Below, in pieces: positions 1 through 9,063 of a stretch of 64,000 nt of DNA. The stretch spans positions 9,501 to 73,500 of the forward strand of contig JBAZJY010000002.1 of assembly GCA_041651115.1 (NCBI GenBank), read 5' to 3'. Under the pieces are notes generated by a model. That model made no database searches. It was not told the DNA's origin and was given only the letters and a program-made list of their open reading frames with translations. Source of the DNA: Candidatus Omnitrophota bacterium. GTDB taxonomy: Bacteria; Omnitrophota; Gorgyraeia; Gygaellales; Profunditerraquicolaceae. The position numbers and the translations under genes were made by a program. Positions within the stretch are counted from its first letter, which is position 1, and each line of letters begins with the position of its first letter.

Positions 1-1415
1 ATCTCCAAGAGTGAAGCATTATCCAGATGTGCGGTTAAGATAAACTCACCCAACCCATAGCGGTTATTGACAATAAAATCCCTGAGACACCAGGCCGGAT
101 TGGCGCTGTATGCCTCCACATAGGTTGAACCGTCCCATTCAAGCAAGGTGTCATTAGATAAAAGGCGGTAATTGCTTCCATCCCAGTAATAATCTTCCCA
201 ACTGACCGACACTCCAGCATTTCTAATATCCGGAATAAGAACCTTTTTCCCTTTTACCACTGCGGTGATATTTGGTGTTCCTCCGTTAAGCTGGTCTGTG
301 GCTAAAAGCTGCAGGCCCAAAAGCGCGGTATTCGGGTAACTTAAATCATCGGTCTTAAGCTCATCTATTTGAAATAACAACAAATCGCCCTGTCTTAATG
401 GTGAAAGCGAGCTGTCATCCGAGGTGCGGGTAATCCTGATATCGTACTGGCCGGGAGTTAAGCCGACTTTGCGAAATACCCTGCGCACTGTGGAGCGGGA
501 TTTCTCCGAAATGGTGGTCTCGCCTAAATCAATATAAGTGCCTTCGGAATGCAGCTTATATTCAACCTTATAAGCGACGCTCCAGCTTTGGATATCGCCT
601 GAGCCTTGGCTCTGCTGGTAAAGGCCGTTATTCAGCCTTAAGTGAATCTCAAAGCCTTCCACATCCGAATCTACCGTGGTATAAACATAAGGATTGTTTT
701 TAACCAAATTGGCGTTAACCGGATAAAGATTATGCAGGTCTTCAAAATTGCTGATAAGGCTCTGATAATTTGTGCCAAAGCGCTTGGAAACCGTCACTCC
801 GCCGAAATTATCAATGGGGTTATTGTTAATTTCTATTGCTTCTATTGATTCAATGTCGCCCTCGCAAAGCGCAAGCAGGACATTTAAATAATGATTGTCG
901 CCGTCTTCCCAGAGGAATTGATTAATTATGTTGCCGCCGATTCTATGCTCCCCGTAAACAACTGCCACCGGCACCCCCACTTCCTGAATAGTCTGCACAC
1001 CGTCCCAGCCGTAAGTAGGCGAGCCCTCATCTAAGCCGGCTGCGCCTCCGAGGTTAAAATCCGGCATCTTAGGCTGGTTCATATTCTGGTAAATGGCATA
1101 GCCCATAGACAGTACAAAAAAGGCAAACAGAAAAGGATGCGCTACAGCCACAGCCCAGACCGCGGATACAATTGCAGAGATAATTGCAACGACCGGCGCT
1201 TTTACTTCAGGGATAATCGTAATCTCATCCTCGTTATCAAGATATACCGATAAATTCTCGATGCGCTTGCCGCTGACAATAACGCGCTTATTTTCGTAGT
1301 CAAAACCGGATTCAAGTAAGATTTCCTGCAGGGTCTTGTGGCGGGAATAAGCAATCTCTTTGACCTGAGCCTCTTCTAACTTAAACGGATTATTTATATT
1401 CCTTATGGTCAGCAT
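1..1415 (-). CDS. Phage tail tip / host-specificity protein (lambda gpJ-like), N-terminal part; 3' end beyond window start
   Basis: Hand translation from ATG at 1413-1415 on the minus strand stays open to position 1 (>470 codons). It is the last gene of the tail module after the K-like gene. It is absent from the ORF track because no stop codon lies inside the window. Confidence 0.5.
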   Translation of the reverse strand, partial: MLTIRNINNPFKLEEAQVKEIAYSRHKTLQEILLESGFDYENKRVIVSGKRIENLSVYLDNEDEITIIPEVKAPVVAIISAIVSAVWAVAVAHPFLFAFFVLSMGYAIYQNMNQPKMPDFNLGGAAGLDEGSPTYGWDGVQTIQEVGVPVAVVYGEHRIGGNIINQFLWEDGDNHYLNVLLALCEGDIESIEAIEINNNPIDNFGGVTVSKRFGTNYQSLISNFEDLHNLYPVNANLVKNNPYVYTTVDSDVEGFEIHLRLNNGLYQQSQGSGDIQSWSVAYKVEYKLHSEGTYIDLGETTISEKSRSTVRRVFRKVGLTPGQYDIRITRTSDDSSLSPLRQGDLLLFQIDELKTDDLSYPNTALLGLQLLATDQLNGGTPNITAVVKGKKVLIPDIRNAGVSVSWEDYYWDGSNYRLLSNDTLLEWDGSTYVEAYSANPAWCLRDFIVNNRYGLGEFILTAHLDNASLLE

Positions 1416-1881
1416 CTTTTAACCTGTAAAAGCCCTCTTTCCTTACAGCCCAAGAAGGATCCTCGAGCCTTGAAATAATCACGCCCTGTCTGCAGCAGTG
1501 AATAAATCTTTTATTGCTTAAGACTATTCCTGCGTGATTGGCAATTCTTTTTGAATTCACAAATAATACCCCATCTAAAATCTCTGGTGTTTTAACCTCG
1601 AACCAGTCATGGAAGTAATGCGCTTTAAAATAATCCTTGCCCTCCAGGCCCCAGATTTTGCTGTATTCTAAGTCTTCAATATCAAATAGCCTCACTCCTA
1701 AATCAGCGTAGACAAACTTTAAGAATCCCCAGCAGTCAAGGCCGGATAATGTCCGGCCCCGGTGCTGATAGGGAATACCGAGATACTTCCCGATAATGCG
1801 CCTTTCTACATTACGTAGATGCGCCTTGTCGGTACTGAGGGGAAAGCCCCGAATCTCTGATAATTGTTCAGCTGTTTGCAT
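1390..1881 (-). CDS. Phage tail protein with NlpC/P60 (C40) peptidase domain, lambda gpK-like
   Basis: DCWGF motif with a downstream His, typical of the NlpC/P60 Cys-His catalytic pair. Position is between the L-like and J-like genes. The listed Met start overlaps the upstream gene by 76 nt, so the true start may be later or non-ATG. Confidence 0.55.
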   Translation of the reverse strand: MQTAEQLSEIRGFPLSTDKAHLRNVERRIIGKYLGIPYQHRGRTLSGLDCWGFLKFVYADLGVRLFDIEDLEYSKIWGLEGKDYFKAHYFHDWFEVKTPEILDGVLFVNSKRIANHAGIVLSNKRFIHCCRQGVIISRLEDPSWAVRKEGFYRLKDADHKEYK

Positions 1882-2420
1882 CTCTGCTTTGTCTTATTGC
1901 AGGAAGTTTCAGATCCTGCATAACCGCATTCTTGTGATTTAAACTTCCAGCTGCAGTAATTCCGGGAGTAGCGCCTTGCCGGAAGATCTACGCCGAGGAC
2001 ATCGAACTTCCCTGTCAGAGTAAACTCCACATTGTTCTGATCTGCTGAATAATTATCGATGTAAAAGACGTCATCCATAAAGGCGTCGGGATCGGATAAC
2101 TGGTTAAACCAGACCATGCGGATAGTAACCTTTTTGCCTCTAAAATCAAACTGCTCTAAATAAAGCTGAATTAGTCTCGAGACATTGCTCAGTCTTACCT
2201 TAACCTGGTCAATCTGGCCTTGATTGTTCTCTCCGATAAACTCATGGCTTATAGGAAACCGCGAATAAGTAACGCTGTTATAGACCACATCCTCGTCAAA
2301 GCCTGCAAGGTGTAAATCGTTTATGCCGTCGTATTTCTCCAGGGTATACAAAAAGATAGGCGCATTCTCGCGCCTTGCTTTCTCCTGCTTAAATGTAGCG
2401 TCTATTTCGCGCGGCATCAC
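1806..2420 (-). CDS. Minor tail protein, lambda gpL-like (DUF2163 / phage BR0599-type), C-terminal Cys cluster
   Basis: C-terminal CxWKFKSQECGYAGSETSC motif. Position immediately after the M-like gene. Confidence 0.45.
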   Translation of the reverse strand: MMPREIDATFKQEKARRENAPIFLYTLEKYDGINDLHLAGFDEDVVYNSVTYSRFPISHEFIGENNQGQIDQVKVRLSNVSRLIQLYLEQFDFRGKKVTIRMVWFNQLSDPDAFMDDVFYIDNYSADQNNVEFTLTGKFDVLGVDLPARRYSRNYCSWKFKSQECGYAGSETSCNKTKQRCKQLNNYQRFGAFPSVPTRRIYVM

Positions 2421-2755
2421 TTCACCTCGATAAATTCAAACTCAAAATCATACACTCCGTATGCCTTGCGACTAAATTGAAAGCTGTCTTCAATAAAACG
2501 GACAGTGTATTCCGTTGAATCATTCGGATTCGTCCAGGTAAAACTCATAAAAGCGCCGAATTTATTCTTGAAAAAATCCCGCACCGCTTCCATTTCTGCA
2601 AGCGCACGGTTATTAAACCTAAGCGTCCATTTACTTAAAGGATTCTGCCATTTACGGCGCCTCTGCTCTGCGCCGTTCTCAAACTCTGATACAAGCGTCT
2701 TATATTCCACCGCCTCATCAATAAGAAAATCCGGCAGATAAGTGAAATCGCTCAT
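2417..2755 (-). CDS. Minor tail protein, lambda gpM-like
   Basis: 112 aa ORF immediately downstream of the tape measure gene. The start overlaps the tape measure stop. Confidence 0.4.
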   Translation of the reverse strand: MSDFTYLPDFLIDEAVEYKTLVSEFENGAEQRRRKWQNPLSKWTLRFNNRALAEMEAVRDFFKNKFGAFMSFTWTNPNDSTEYTVRFIEDSFQFSRKAYGVYDFEFEFIEVK

Positions 2756-4296
2756 GTATAGCTCCTGATTACCGAGCGTATCTTGCCGTTGTTATAAATG
2801 TCATCCGCAATTGCGTTTGATAACATCTTGCGGTTGCGCCAGACATCCTGCGCATCCCAGGCCTGTATTACCTGGTTTACATTTATGGTGATGCCGGGCT
2901 TTAAGGATTCTCCTTCATTCAGCCTGCGCAAGTTGGCTGCTCCGCCTAAGGCCCGTATTCCCCGCCTGGATAAAACCCCTTCTCCGGACTGCGCGATAAT
3001 AGGCACCTCATCGGGCTCAAGGCCTGCATGCGCGTATACTGCCTGAACCGGCCCTCCTGCGTGATAAATCATGCCTCCTCTGTGGAAAAAGGGAATCATT
3101 CCGGGAAATACCGCGCCTATGGTCTTAACCAAAATCATCTTAGCCAGGACCTCGGCTAAGACCTCCAGCATCATATTGCCGAATTCCGCAAAATAATCCC
3201 TGACATCATCAATCTGACCTTTGAATAGATCAGTAAAGAAATGTTTAAACACGCTGCCCAAGGACTTGGCCGTTCCTTCGCCTATTGACTTTATGGCGTC
3301 AAACTTCTGCGCCACCTCATCAATCTTTACATCCTTGCCTAAGTTTTTGAGCGAGTTGATAAAATTTTCTATCGCTGCTCTGGCCTTGTCATAGCCTTTA
3401 ACCAGGCTTCCTTCGCCGGTAACTAGGATATTTGAAATTTTATTGCCGACACGGTCCATCTCCATATCAGAGGCCTTGATAAGACCGTCTAAATTTTCCC
3501 TGAATTTTTTGATATGCTCTGATGCCTCTCTGTAAGGCTCGCCTAATTTGCCGGGGATTTTGCCTAAAAGCTCATAGAATTTCTGCAGACCCAAAGCTAA
3601 TTTGTCAAATCCGACTAAAAGATACTTAATCAGTTTTACAAAGCCGATGTAGACCATCTCAGCAGCAATCTCAATTGCGTTTAAAACCGGCACAGCCACA
3701 TCCCTGAATTTAAGAAAAACAATAATGAGCCCTGCCACAACCACAGCTATGCCTACCAGCCAAGGGTTGGCCAGGGCAAATAAGGCAAATTTGCTCACTA
3801 GGTCTAAAATTATCCCGCCTAATCTAATTAGCCTTCCTCCAAGGCCTACTACCACTCCGCTTAAGGTTAAAAATATTCCGGTTATAGCAATACCCTGAAT
3901 AATCATCTGCTGGGTTGCCGGCGGGATGCTGTTCCAGAGGGCAAGAAGATTTCCAAAGACATTGGCCAATTTATGCACTACAGGAACCAATGCCTCAGCA
4001 ATGCTCACACGCAAAGCAATAAAGGCATTGTCCAGACGTTTGAGTTCGTTTGATACGGCTTGGGAATATTTCTCTGATGATTTAAATGCTAAAGCCAAAG
4101 GACCGGTTAAGGCAGCGCCCATAAAGGTCAAGGTTGATCCTACCTGCGTAATCTCTCTTCCGACTTGGCGCATATTCATGCCCAACTTATGGGTGGAGTT
4201 GGCGAATTTCTGGATGCCGGCTTCAACACCCTGAAGCTTTTTAGTCACCTCATCCTTGAGGCGCATAATTATGGAGAGTTCCCTATTTGTAGGCAT
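2752..4296 (-). CDS. Tail tape measure protein
   Basis: 514 aa. Multiple hydrophobic helices in the middle and helical/coiled N and C regions. Position after the G/T chaperones. Confidence 0.6.
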   Translation of the reverse strand: MPTNRELSIIMRLKDEVTKKLQGVEAGIQKFANSTHKLGMNMRQVGREITQVGSTLTFMGAALTGPLALAFKSSEKYSQAVSNELKRLDNAFIALRVSIAEALVPVVHKLANVFGNLLALWNSIPPATQQMIIQGIAITGIFLTLSGVVVGLGGRLIRLGGIILDLVSKFALFALANPWLVGIAVVVAGLIIVFLKFRDVAVPVLNAIEIAAEMVYIGFVKLIKYLLVGFDKLALGLQKFYELLGKIPGKLGEPYREASEHIKKFRENLDGLIKASDMEMDRVGNKISNILVTGEGSLVKGYDKARAAIENFINSLKNLGKDVKIDEVAQKFDAIKSIGEGTAKSLGSVFKHFFTDLFKGQIDDVRDYFAEFGNMMLEVLAEVLAKMILVKTIGAVFPGMIPFFHRGGMIYHAGGPVQAVYAHAGLEPDEVPIIAQSGEGVLSRRGIRALGGAANLRRLNEGESLKPGITINVNQVIQAWDAQDVWRNRKMLSNAIADDIYNNGKIRSVIRSYT

Positions 4297-4606
4297 TCCT
4301 GTATTTCCTTATCTGTTCCTGGCGCATCTGCGCAAGCTCATTTTCTATTACCTCAACTGCCTCAATAAATTTTGCCGGCTGCTCCAGCCAGCTGCCCTGA
4401 TTCGGCAGGAATCCGCTCTTATAGAAATTGTATGCCCTTAAAAAATTGGCGGATAAATCCGTAACCTGTTTAAAGGGACAGCCCTGGTACTGCCTGCCTT
4501 CAAATCTCCAGAATTCCTGTCCCGGGACCGCAAACTCGCAAGACGTCTTTTTGCCTGCCAGGCAGCCGTGGCAGCCCGCAGTTAACTCAAGTATGCGGAC
4601 CGCCAA
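4283..4606 (-). CDS. Tail assembly chaperone T-like segment, probably expressed as a G-T fusion by -1 frameshift
   Basis: Open frame lies in the -1 frame relative to the upstream G-like ORF. The listed start is TTG. A slippery AAAAAAC heptamer lies 2 codons before the G stop. Confidence 0.5.
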   Translation of the reverse strand: MAVRILELTAGCHGCLAGKKTSCEFAVPGQEFWRFEGRQYQGCPFKQVTDLSANFLRAYNFYKSGFLPNQGSWLEQPAKFIEAVEVIENELAQMRQEQIRKYRNAYK

Positions 4607-4608
4607 GA

Positions 4609-5034
4609 TTAGTTTTTTGTCTCTTCTCCGGAAAGCTTTGACTCATTTAAAATCGCCTCAGCCAACTCTTGGCGCAGCTCGCTCGGCAGCATTGCAATGA
4701 TTCTGTCGGGCACTGCCTGACGCATCTTTCCGGCGTAAGAAACAGTGTCAAAGATTAACTCCACCGGCTTATTGGTCTGCGGATCAAGGAAGTTTTCAAG
4801 GCCTTTAAGCCCGAACTTTATAGCAGCCAGCTGGCGCCTGCTCCATTTAAACTGGATGTCTCCTTTGTCATTCGGCTTGGGAGAGCTTACTTTAAAAGTG
4901 GAGCTTTCATCATCGACCTCTGCGCGCAGCACCGGATCCAAGACGCCAATATGAAACACCGTCGGGTTATTCGGATCCGGGTCAAGCTTTGAGATAAACT
5001 TTCGCGTTGCGTTAATATCAATTCCGGTAAACAT
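4609..5034 (-). CDS. Tail assembly chaperone, lambda gpG-like
   Basis: 141 aa acidic ORF between the major tail and tape measure genes, ending ...GEETKN. The last codons are ACA AAA AAC TAA. Confidence 0.5.
   Translation of the reverse strand: MFTGIDINATRKFISKLDPDPNNPTVFHIGVLDPVLRAEVDDESSTFKVSSPKPNDKGDIQFKWSRRQLAAIKFGLKGLENFLDPQTNKPVELIFDTVSYAGKMRQAVPDRIIAMLPSELRQELAEAILNESKLSGEETKN
4612..4618 (-). promoter_or_regulatory. Programmed -1 ribosomal frameshift slippery heptamer A AAA AAC (G to G-T)
   Basis: Minus-strand mRNA reads GAG ACA AAA AAC TAA. Slipping -1 gives AAA AAA CUA AUC UUG GCG GUC, which continues into the T ORF (..LAVRILELT..). Confidence 0.55.
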
Positions 5035-5056
5035 AAGTCCTCCTTTTGGTTAAAGG

Positions 5057-6205
5057 TTAAAGACATAAAATACAGTACTCATCATCGCCGGGCGAGAATG
5101 AACCGGTCAAATCAAAGGCGACCTGCGCAATCTGTATGCCTTCTTTATCCGCGTCCTCGACTTTGGTGTATTGAATTGCCGGACAGTAAAAGCGGAATTT
5201 GTTTCCCTCGGCTGTGCCGTAGGAAAAATCAAATGGGAGCTTTGCGTTATTCAGCCAGCTGCCGTGGAAATCATGCTCGGCAACCGAAAGCATTTCAGGG
5301 TCCATATTCCCTGCCGGCTGGCGGTCAGTGATCATGTAAGAAAGTATTCCACTGGGGTCGTCAATCTTATCTCTGGGCGAGAGCTTATTGGCAATGTCAA
5401 TGTCAATTGAGCCGACATTCAGCGAAACCCCGGCAACAGAAAAGCCTGCCCCGAGGATAACCGGCTCAACTGTTGTGCCGTAATCAATGCCGGATAACAT
5501 TGTCGCGTCAATCACCCCTGCCTCAACACCCATGAACTTAAAATCCATAGTAAGAGGCTGACCCAGCTTCATATTGAACTTTACCGAACCCCGGCAGCCT
5601 CGTAAGAGCTTACGTAGCCCGTCTTCGTAAGAGGCCATGGTTAAGGACGGCGCATTTCTGCTTAAGGGCTTGATTTCATATCCAGCGTTTAAAGGCGCTG
5701 AACTTGTTTGCGCGCTTGCGCCTGAAGTCTCCCCGCCGACATCCTCGCCGCTTTGAAACACCCCGCTTATTGAAACGTAATAAAGCGTAGTTATGCCGTT
5801 TGGGGTATCAATTACCACCCTGCCTTGCGCACTGGATGTTCCTCCTGTAATTGTTTCGCCGTGCTTAAAAGGCCCTCCCGTAACTGCGCCGATGGAGATT
5901 TTCTTTAAGGTGTTCACCTGATGGCCGCAGGCAAGAAGCAACGGTGTTTCCCTGGGCATAAAACCTATTCCCCAGCCTCTTAACTTTATGCTGAAATCAA
6001 ACCCTGCCGGCCGCTTGCCGGTTATTTTGCCTAGCTTGGTTAAGCTTTCCCTCACCGGATCACGCTGGTACATCTCCGGCTCAAAGCTTACCTTGGGGAC
6101 ATAATCAACCAGAAACCCTGCATCGCTAGACGCTAAATTCTCTGCTACGCCTTCCTGCGCCTCAGGCCTGGCTACTAACTGCCTAATTCTTGATAACTTG
6201 CTCAT
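5057..6205 (-). CDS. Major tail (tube) protein
   Basis: 382 aa ORF immediately upstream of the G/T chaperones, at the lambda gpV position. Confidence 0.45.
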   Translation of the reverse strand: MSKLSRIRQLVARPEAQEGVAENLASSDAGFLVDYVPKVSFEPEMYQRDPVRESLTKLGKITGKRPAGFDFSIKLRGWGIGFMPRETPLLLACGHQVNTLKKISIGAVTGGPFKHGETITGGTSSAQGRVVIDTPNGITTLYYVSISGVFQSGEDVGGETSGASAQTSSAPLNAGYEIKPLSRNAPSLTMASYEDGLRKLLRGCRGSVKFNMKLGQPLTMDFKFMGVEAGVIDATMLSGIDYGTTVEPVILGAGFSVAGVSLNVGSIDIDIANKLSPRDKIDDPSGILSYMITDRQPAGNMDPEMLSVAEHDFHGSWLNNAKLPFDFSYGTAEGNKFRFYCPAIQYTKVEDADKEGIQIAQVAFDLTGSFSPGDDEYCILCL

Positions 6206-6207
6206 CG

Positions 6208-6678
6208 TTAACTCCTCCTTGTAGGATCACTCCTTAAATGTCGGTATTTTACTTTAAGCTCTATAACTAAACCTGCATAGTGCTGGCCTTCTACACTGAC
6301 AAAAGGACTGGTGGAAACAATCTCAGTATCAACTGCCTCGCCTCCCCGCGTGTGATCCAAAAGCACTGCTTTTTTAATGTCGCCCTGCAGGCGGTTCAAA
6401 TAGATATCTGTTGGCATTGGATCATTTTTGTCATTGAGATAAAAAACACTTAGGAAGACGCTCAAAGAACATTCAGTAAAAGGATGCACTGACGGCTCTT
6501 CTGTTTCATCCCCCGGCGTAATAATAATCATCGGGATATCAACCGGCGTATTGCCGTGCATTGACCAGCGCTGCACGGTTTGGGGCGTAAAGTCAAAGTT
6601 ATAGCCGGCGGCCTGCGTAATGCCTTCAAGAGTAGTTTTAATATCGGCTAAAATTCTTTCTCGTACTGTTTCCATCAT
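6208..6678 (-). CDS. Tail terminator / lambda gpU-like protein
   Basis: 156 aa. Position between the Z-like and major tail genes. Confidence 0.35.
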   Translation of the reverse strand: MMETVRERILADIKTTLEGITQAAGYNFDFTPQTVQRWSMHGNTPVDIPMIIITPGDETEEPSVHPFTECSLSVFLSVFYLNDKNDPMPTDIYLNRLQGDIKKAVLLDHTRGGEAVDTEIVSTSPFVSVEGQHYAGLVIELKVKYRHLRSDPTRRS

Positions 6679-7286
6679 TAAACCTTGGCCAAGGCTTTAT
6701 CCACTCCCTGATTGATATAAGTAAAAATCTTCCCCTGCATCTTGTCCCAAGTATGATAGAATTCCAGACGCTCCCGGACATCCACAAAAGGCTTAAACAC
6801 GTATAAAAATCTTAAGCGTCTGGAAATCCATTTGACCAAAAAGGATTTCCCACGGGAAGTAATTACAAAAGTCTTTTTCAATTGCGCCGGATATTTATAC
6901 TGCTTCTTTAAACGGTGGCCTGCGGTATACATCACATCCTCACTTAATGACTTAATCGGCACAGCCAGGGCATTTTCCGCAGGCAAAACCCTTTCCCCAA
7001 ACTCATGCCTTTTAGAAACCTTTGACTCCGAAAAAATCTCTAAGCCCATTCCCTCAATCGTCTTTGAAACTAAACTCGCCCTTCTGAATGTGCCGTAAAG
7101 CCCGTAGGCGCCGGCACCGTAAACTCCAGGCGGACCCTGCAGGCGTTCCTTTCTAAAGGTGCCTAAGAAACTCCTGCCAATATGGTCAAAGGCATCACCC
7201 AGCTCAAACTTTAAGGCCTGCGGGATAATCCTGATTGCCCGGTCTAATTTTTCTTTGTCAATTTTTACATCAATAAAATCGCTCAT
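6678..7286 (-). CDS. Tail completion / head-tail joining protein, lambda gpZ or HK97 gp10-like
   Basis: 202 aa. Position only. Confidence 0.3.
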   Translation of the reverse strand: MSDFIDVKIDKEKLDRAIRIIPQALKFELGDAFDHIGRSFLGTFRKERLQGPPGVYGAGAYGLYGTFRRASLVSKTIEGMGLEIFSESKVSKRHEFGERVLPAENALAVPIKSLSEDVMYTAGHRLKKQYKYPAQLKKTFVITSRGKSFLVKWISRRLRFLYVFKPFVDVRERLEFYHTWDKMQGKIFTYINQGVDKALAKV

Positions 7287-7287
7287 T

Positions 7288-7638
7288 TTACCACTGCGCT
7301 AACAAATGCCATAAAGCATCGTCTTTGGCTAATATCTCGACAATACGGCATTCTTTTAAGTTGCCCCCAGAGTCAGATAAGATAATCCTGTCATCTATTT
7401 CGTTGATTTGGGAGATACCCAGAGTGTCGTCGTTTAAGACAAAAATCTCTGCCTGATTTTGGAGGGTGCGAGAATCATCCTGTCTGTCAGGAGTTATCCG
7501 GTTCCTGTCAACAATGGCTTTGATAATTCTTGCCTGGCCGCCGGCAGGGGTATAGGTTATTTCTTCGGCGAATTCATCTGTATTTAATAAGCAGTTAAGG
7601 GCGTCTTCTTTTATCCGGCTCTTGAAGGTCATAGTCAT
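7288..7638 (-). CDS. Head-tail connector protein, lambda FII-like
   Basis: 116 aa directly downstream of the major capsid gene. Confidence 0.3.
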   Translation of the reverse strand: MTMTFKSRIKEDALNCLLNTDEFAEEITYTPAGGQARIIKAIVDRNRITPDRQDDSRTLQNQAEIFVLNDDTLGISQINEIDDRIILSDSGGNLKECRIVEILAKDDALWHLLAQW

Positions 7639-7706
7639 TCCTTTTTTGTTTCCGGGAGGCCCAAAAAGGCCTCCCGGATTATTTGCTTTGCTTAAAGTTC
7701 TAAACC

Positions 7707-8666
7707 TTAAGCGTCGACCTTCAATAGATGCGCAAAAAACGGGTCAATAATCATCTCATCCACATGCTGCCTGACCCGGAAGATGTCACTGCGCGCAGCG
7801 TCATCGCGGTACTGCTCGACTGTGGCGTTCTCGGGACTGTCCGCAGTCCACAGAAAAGTCCTGCCGACACTTGGGATAGAGAGCCTTTCTGAGGCGTCGA
7901 TTACTGCCACAAGCGCAAAATCATCACTCCAGATGTCCGCTGAAACAAAAGGCTTTCCCTCTTTTGCGGAATTGTAAATACCTCTGCCGACGATAATCCT
8001 GCGGATGCCCAAAATATCTGCCAGGGCATTAAGGATCTCCGCCTCGGTAAGACGCGCCACATATTTAATCGCGTCTTTTATCCCGGTATTCATCAGCAGC
8101 CGGTCAATATTGGCCTTGCTGATAACCAGGGTGTTCGGCTCAAGGCCGCTGTTCTGGCGCACCTTTTCGCGGGCTGCCCGGACCTGCGCCACAACATCAG
8201 TTGAGGCGTTGTCCCAGGGCGCAGCTGAATAATCGGTAAAAAGCGCTGCTCCGGAAAAGGTCGTTGTGTTAAAGACAATACCGGCAGTGCGCCTTTCCTG
8301 CGCCTGCAGGACCCTGCGGGTGACGATCTGAACCGTTGTCAGTTCAGCATCGAAGTCTGAGGCGTAAAGAGCCCGCTCTCCGTCATCTAAAGGCCCTTCA
8401 AGACCAAACTCCTCGCAGTTATACTGCCTGTCCTTGGCAGAGAAGCCGTCCCGGTTGTAGTTGCCTCTTGGCGCGCGCTTGGTATCAGCTTCCCTGGTAA
8501 TGCTCTCCCGGGTGATGGCCGGAAAGATACTTGCCTTTTTCTTAGTGGAGAATATCGGCAGGACCTGCGTGCCGATAAACTCATTCTGCTGCTGGATGAA
8601 TTCTAAGGCTGCCTCTCCCAGCTCCATCCTCGGTACTGCCCTTGTTCCCTGATATTCCACTCCCAT
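7707..8666 (-). CDS. Major capsid protein (HK97-fold)
   Basis: 319 aa. Position after the decoration protein and protease/scaffold. Sequence character fits an HK97-fold capsid protein. Confidence 0.7.
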   Translation of the reverse strand: MGVEYQGTRAVPRMELGEAALEFIQQQNEFIGTQVLPIFSTKKKASIFPAITRESITREADTKRAPRGNYNRDGFSAKDRQYNCEEFGLEGPLDDGERALYASDFDAELTTVQIVTRRVLQAQERRTAGIVFNTTTFSGAALFTDYSAAPWDNASTDVVAQVRAAREKVRQNSGLEPNTLVISKANIDRLLMNTGIKDAIKYVARLTEAEILNALADILGIRRIIVGRGIYNSAKEGKPFVSADIWSDDFALVAVIDASERLSIPSVGRTFLWTADSPENATVEQYRDDAARSDIFRVRQHVDEMIIDPFFAHLLKVDA

Positions 8667-8691
8667 TTGATTTCCTCCTCTTTAAAAACGG

Positions 8692-9045
8692 TTAAACTAA
8701 CAAACCTTCGATGATTTCGCCGTCTGATGCTGCTGCTTCTAAAACCCGGCCCTGGATAGAGCCGTTTACGGTAGCAGAAATCTTGCCGTCATTTGCGCCG
8801 TAGAAATTCCCGCCAACTGCAATGGCGCCGTTTGCCTCAACCTTATAGGTCCTGCCGGTTGTCTTTAGATCCACAGAAACCATCTCTCCCTGAACAGCCT
8901 TGGCAGCGGTAAAGCCGATAAAGGCCTCGCCTGCGTCTGCATATTCCACCTGGCTGCCGCTTCCTGCGGATAACTTCACCCTGCGGAACGCCTCAAGATT
9001 TTCCCCTGCGGTAAATGCCTTTGAGCCGATATTAAATTGTGACAT
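8692..9045 (-). CDS. Head decoration protein (DUF2190-like, lambda gpD position)
   Basis: 117 aa, Gly/Ala-rich, predicted beta-rich. Located between the protease/scaffold and major capsid genes. Confidence 0.5.
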   Translation of the reverse strand: MSQFNIGSKAFTAGENLEAFRRVKLSAGSGSQVEYADAGEAFIGFTAAKAVQGEMVSVDLKTTGRTYKVEANGAIAVGGNFYGANDGKISATVNGSIQGRVLEAAASDGEIIEGLLV

Positions 9046-9063
9046 TTTCGTCCCCCTTTCGTT

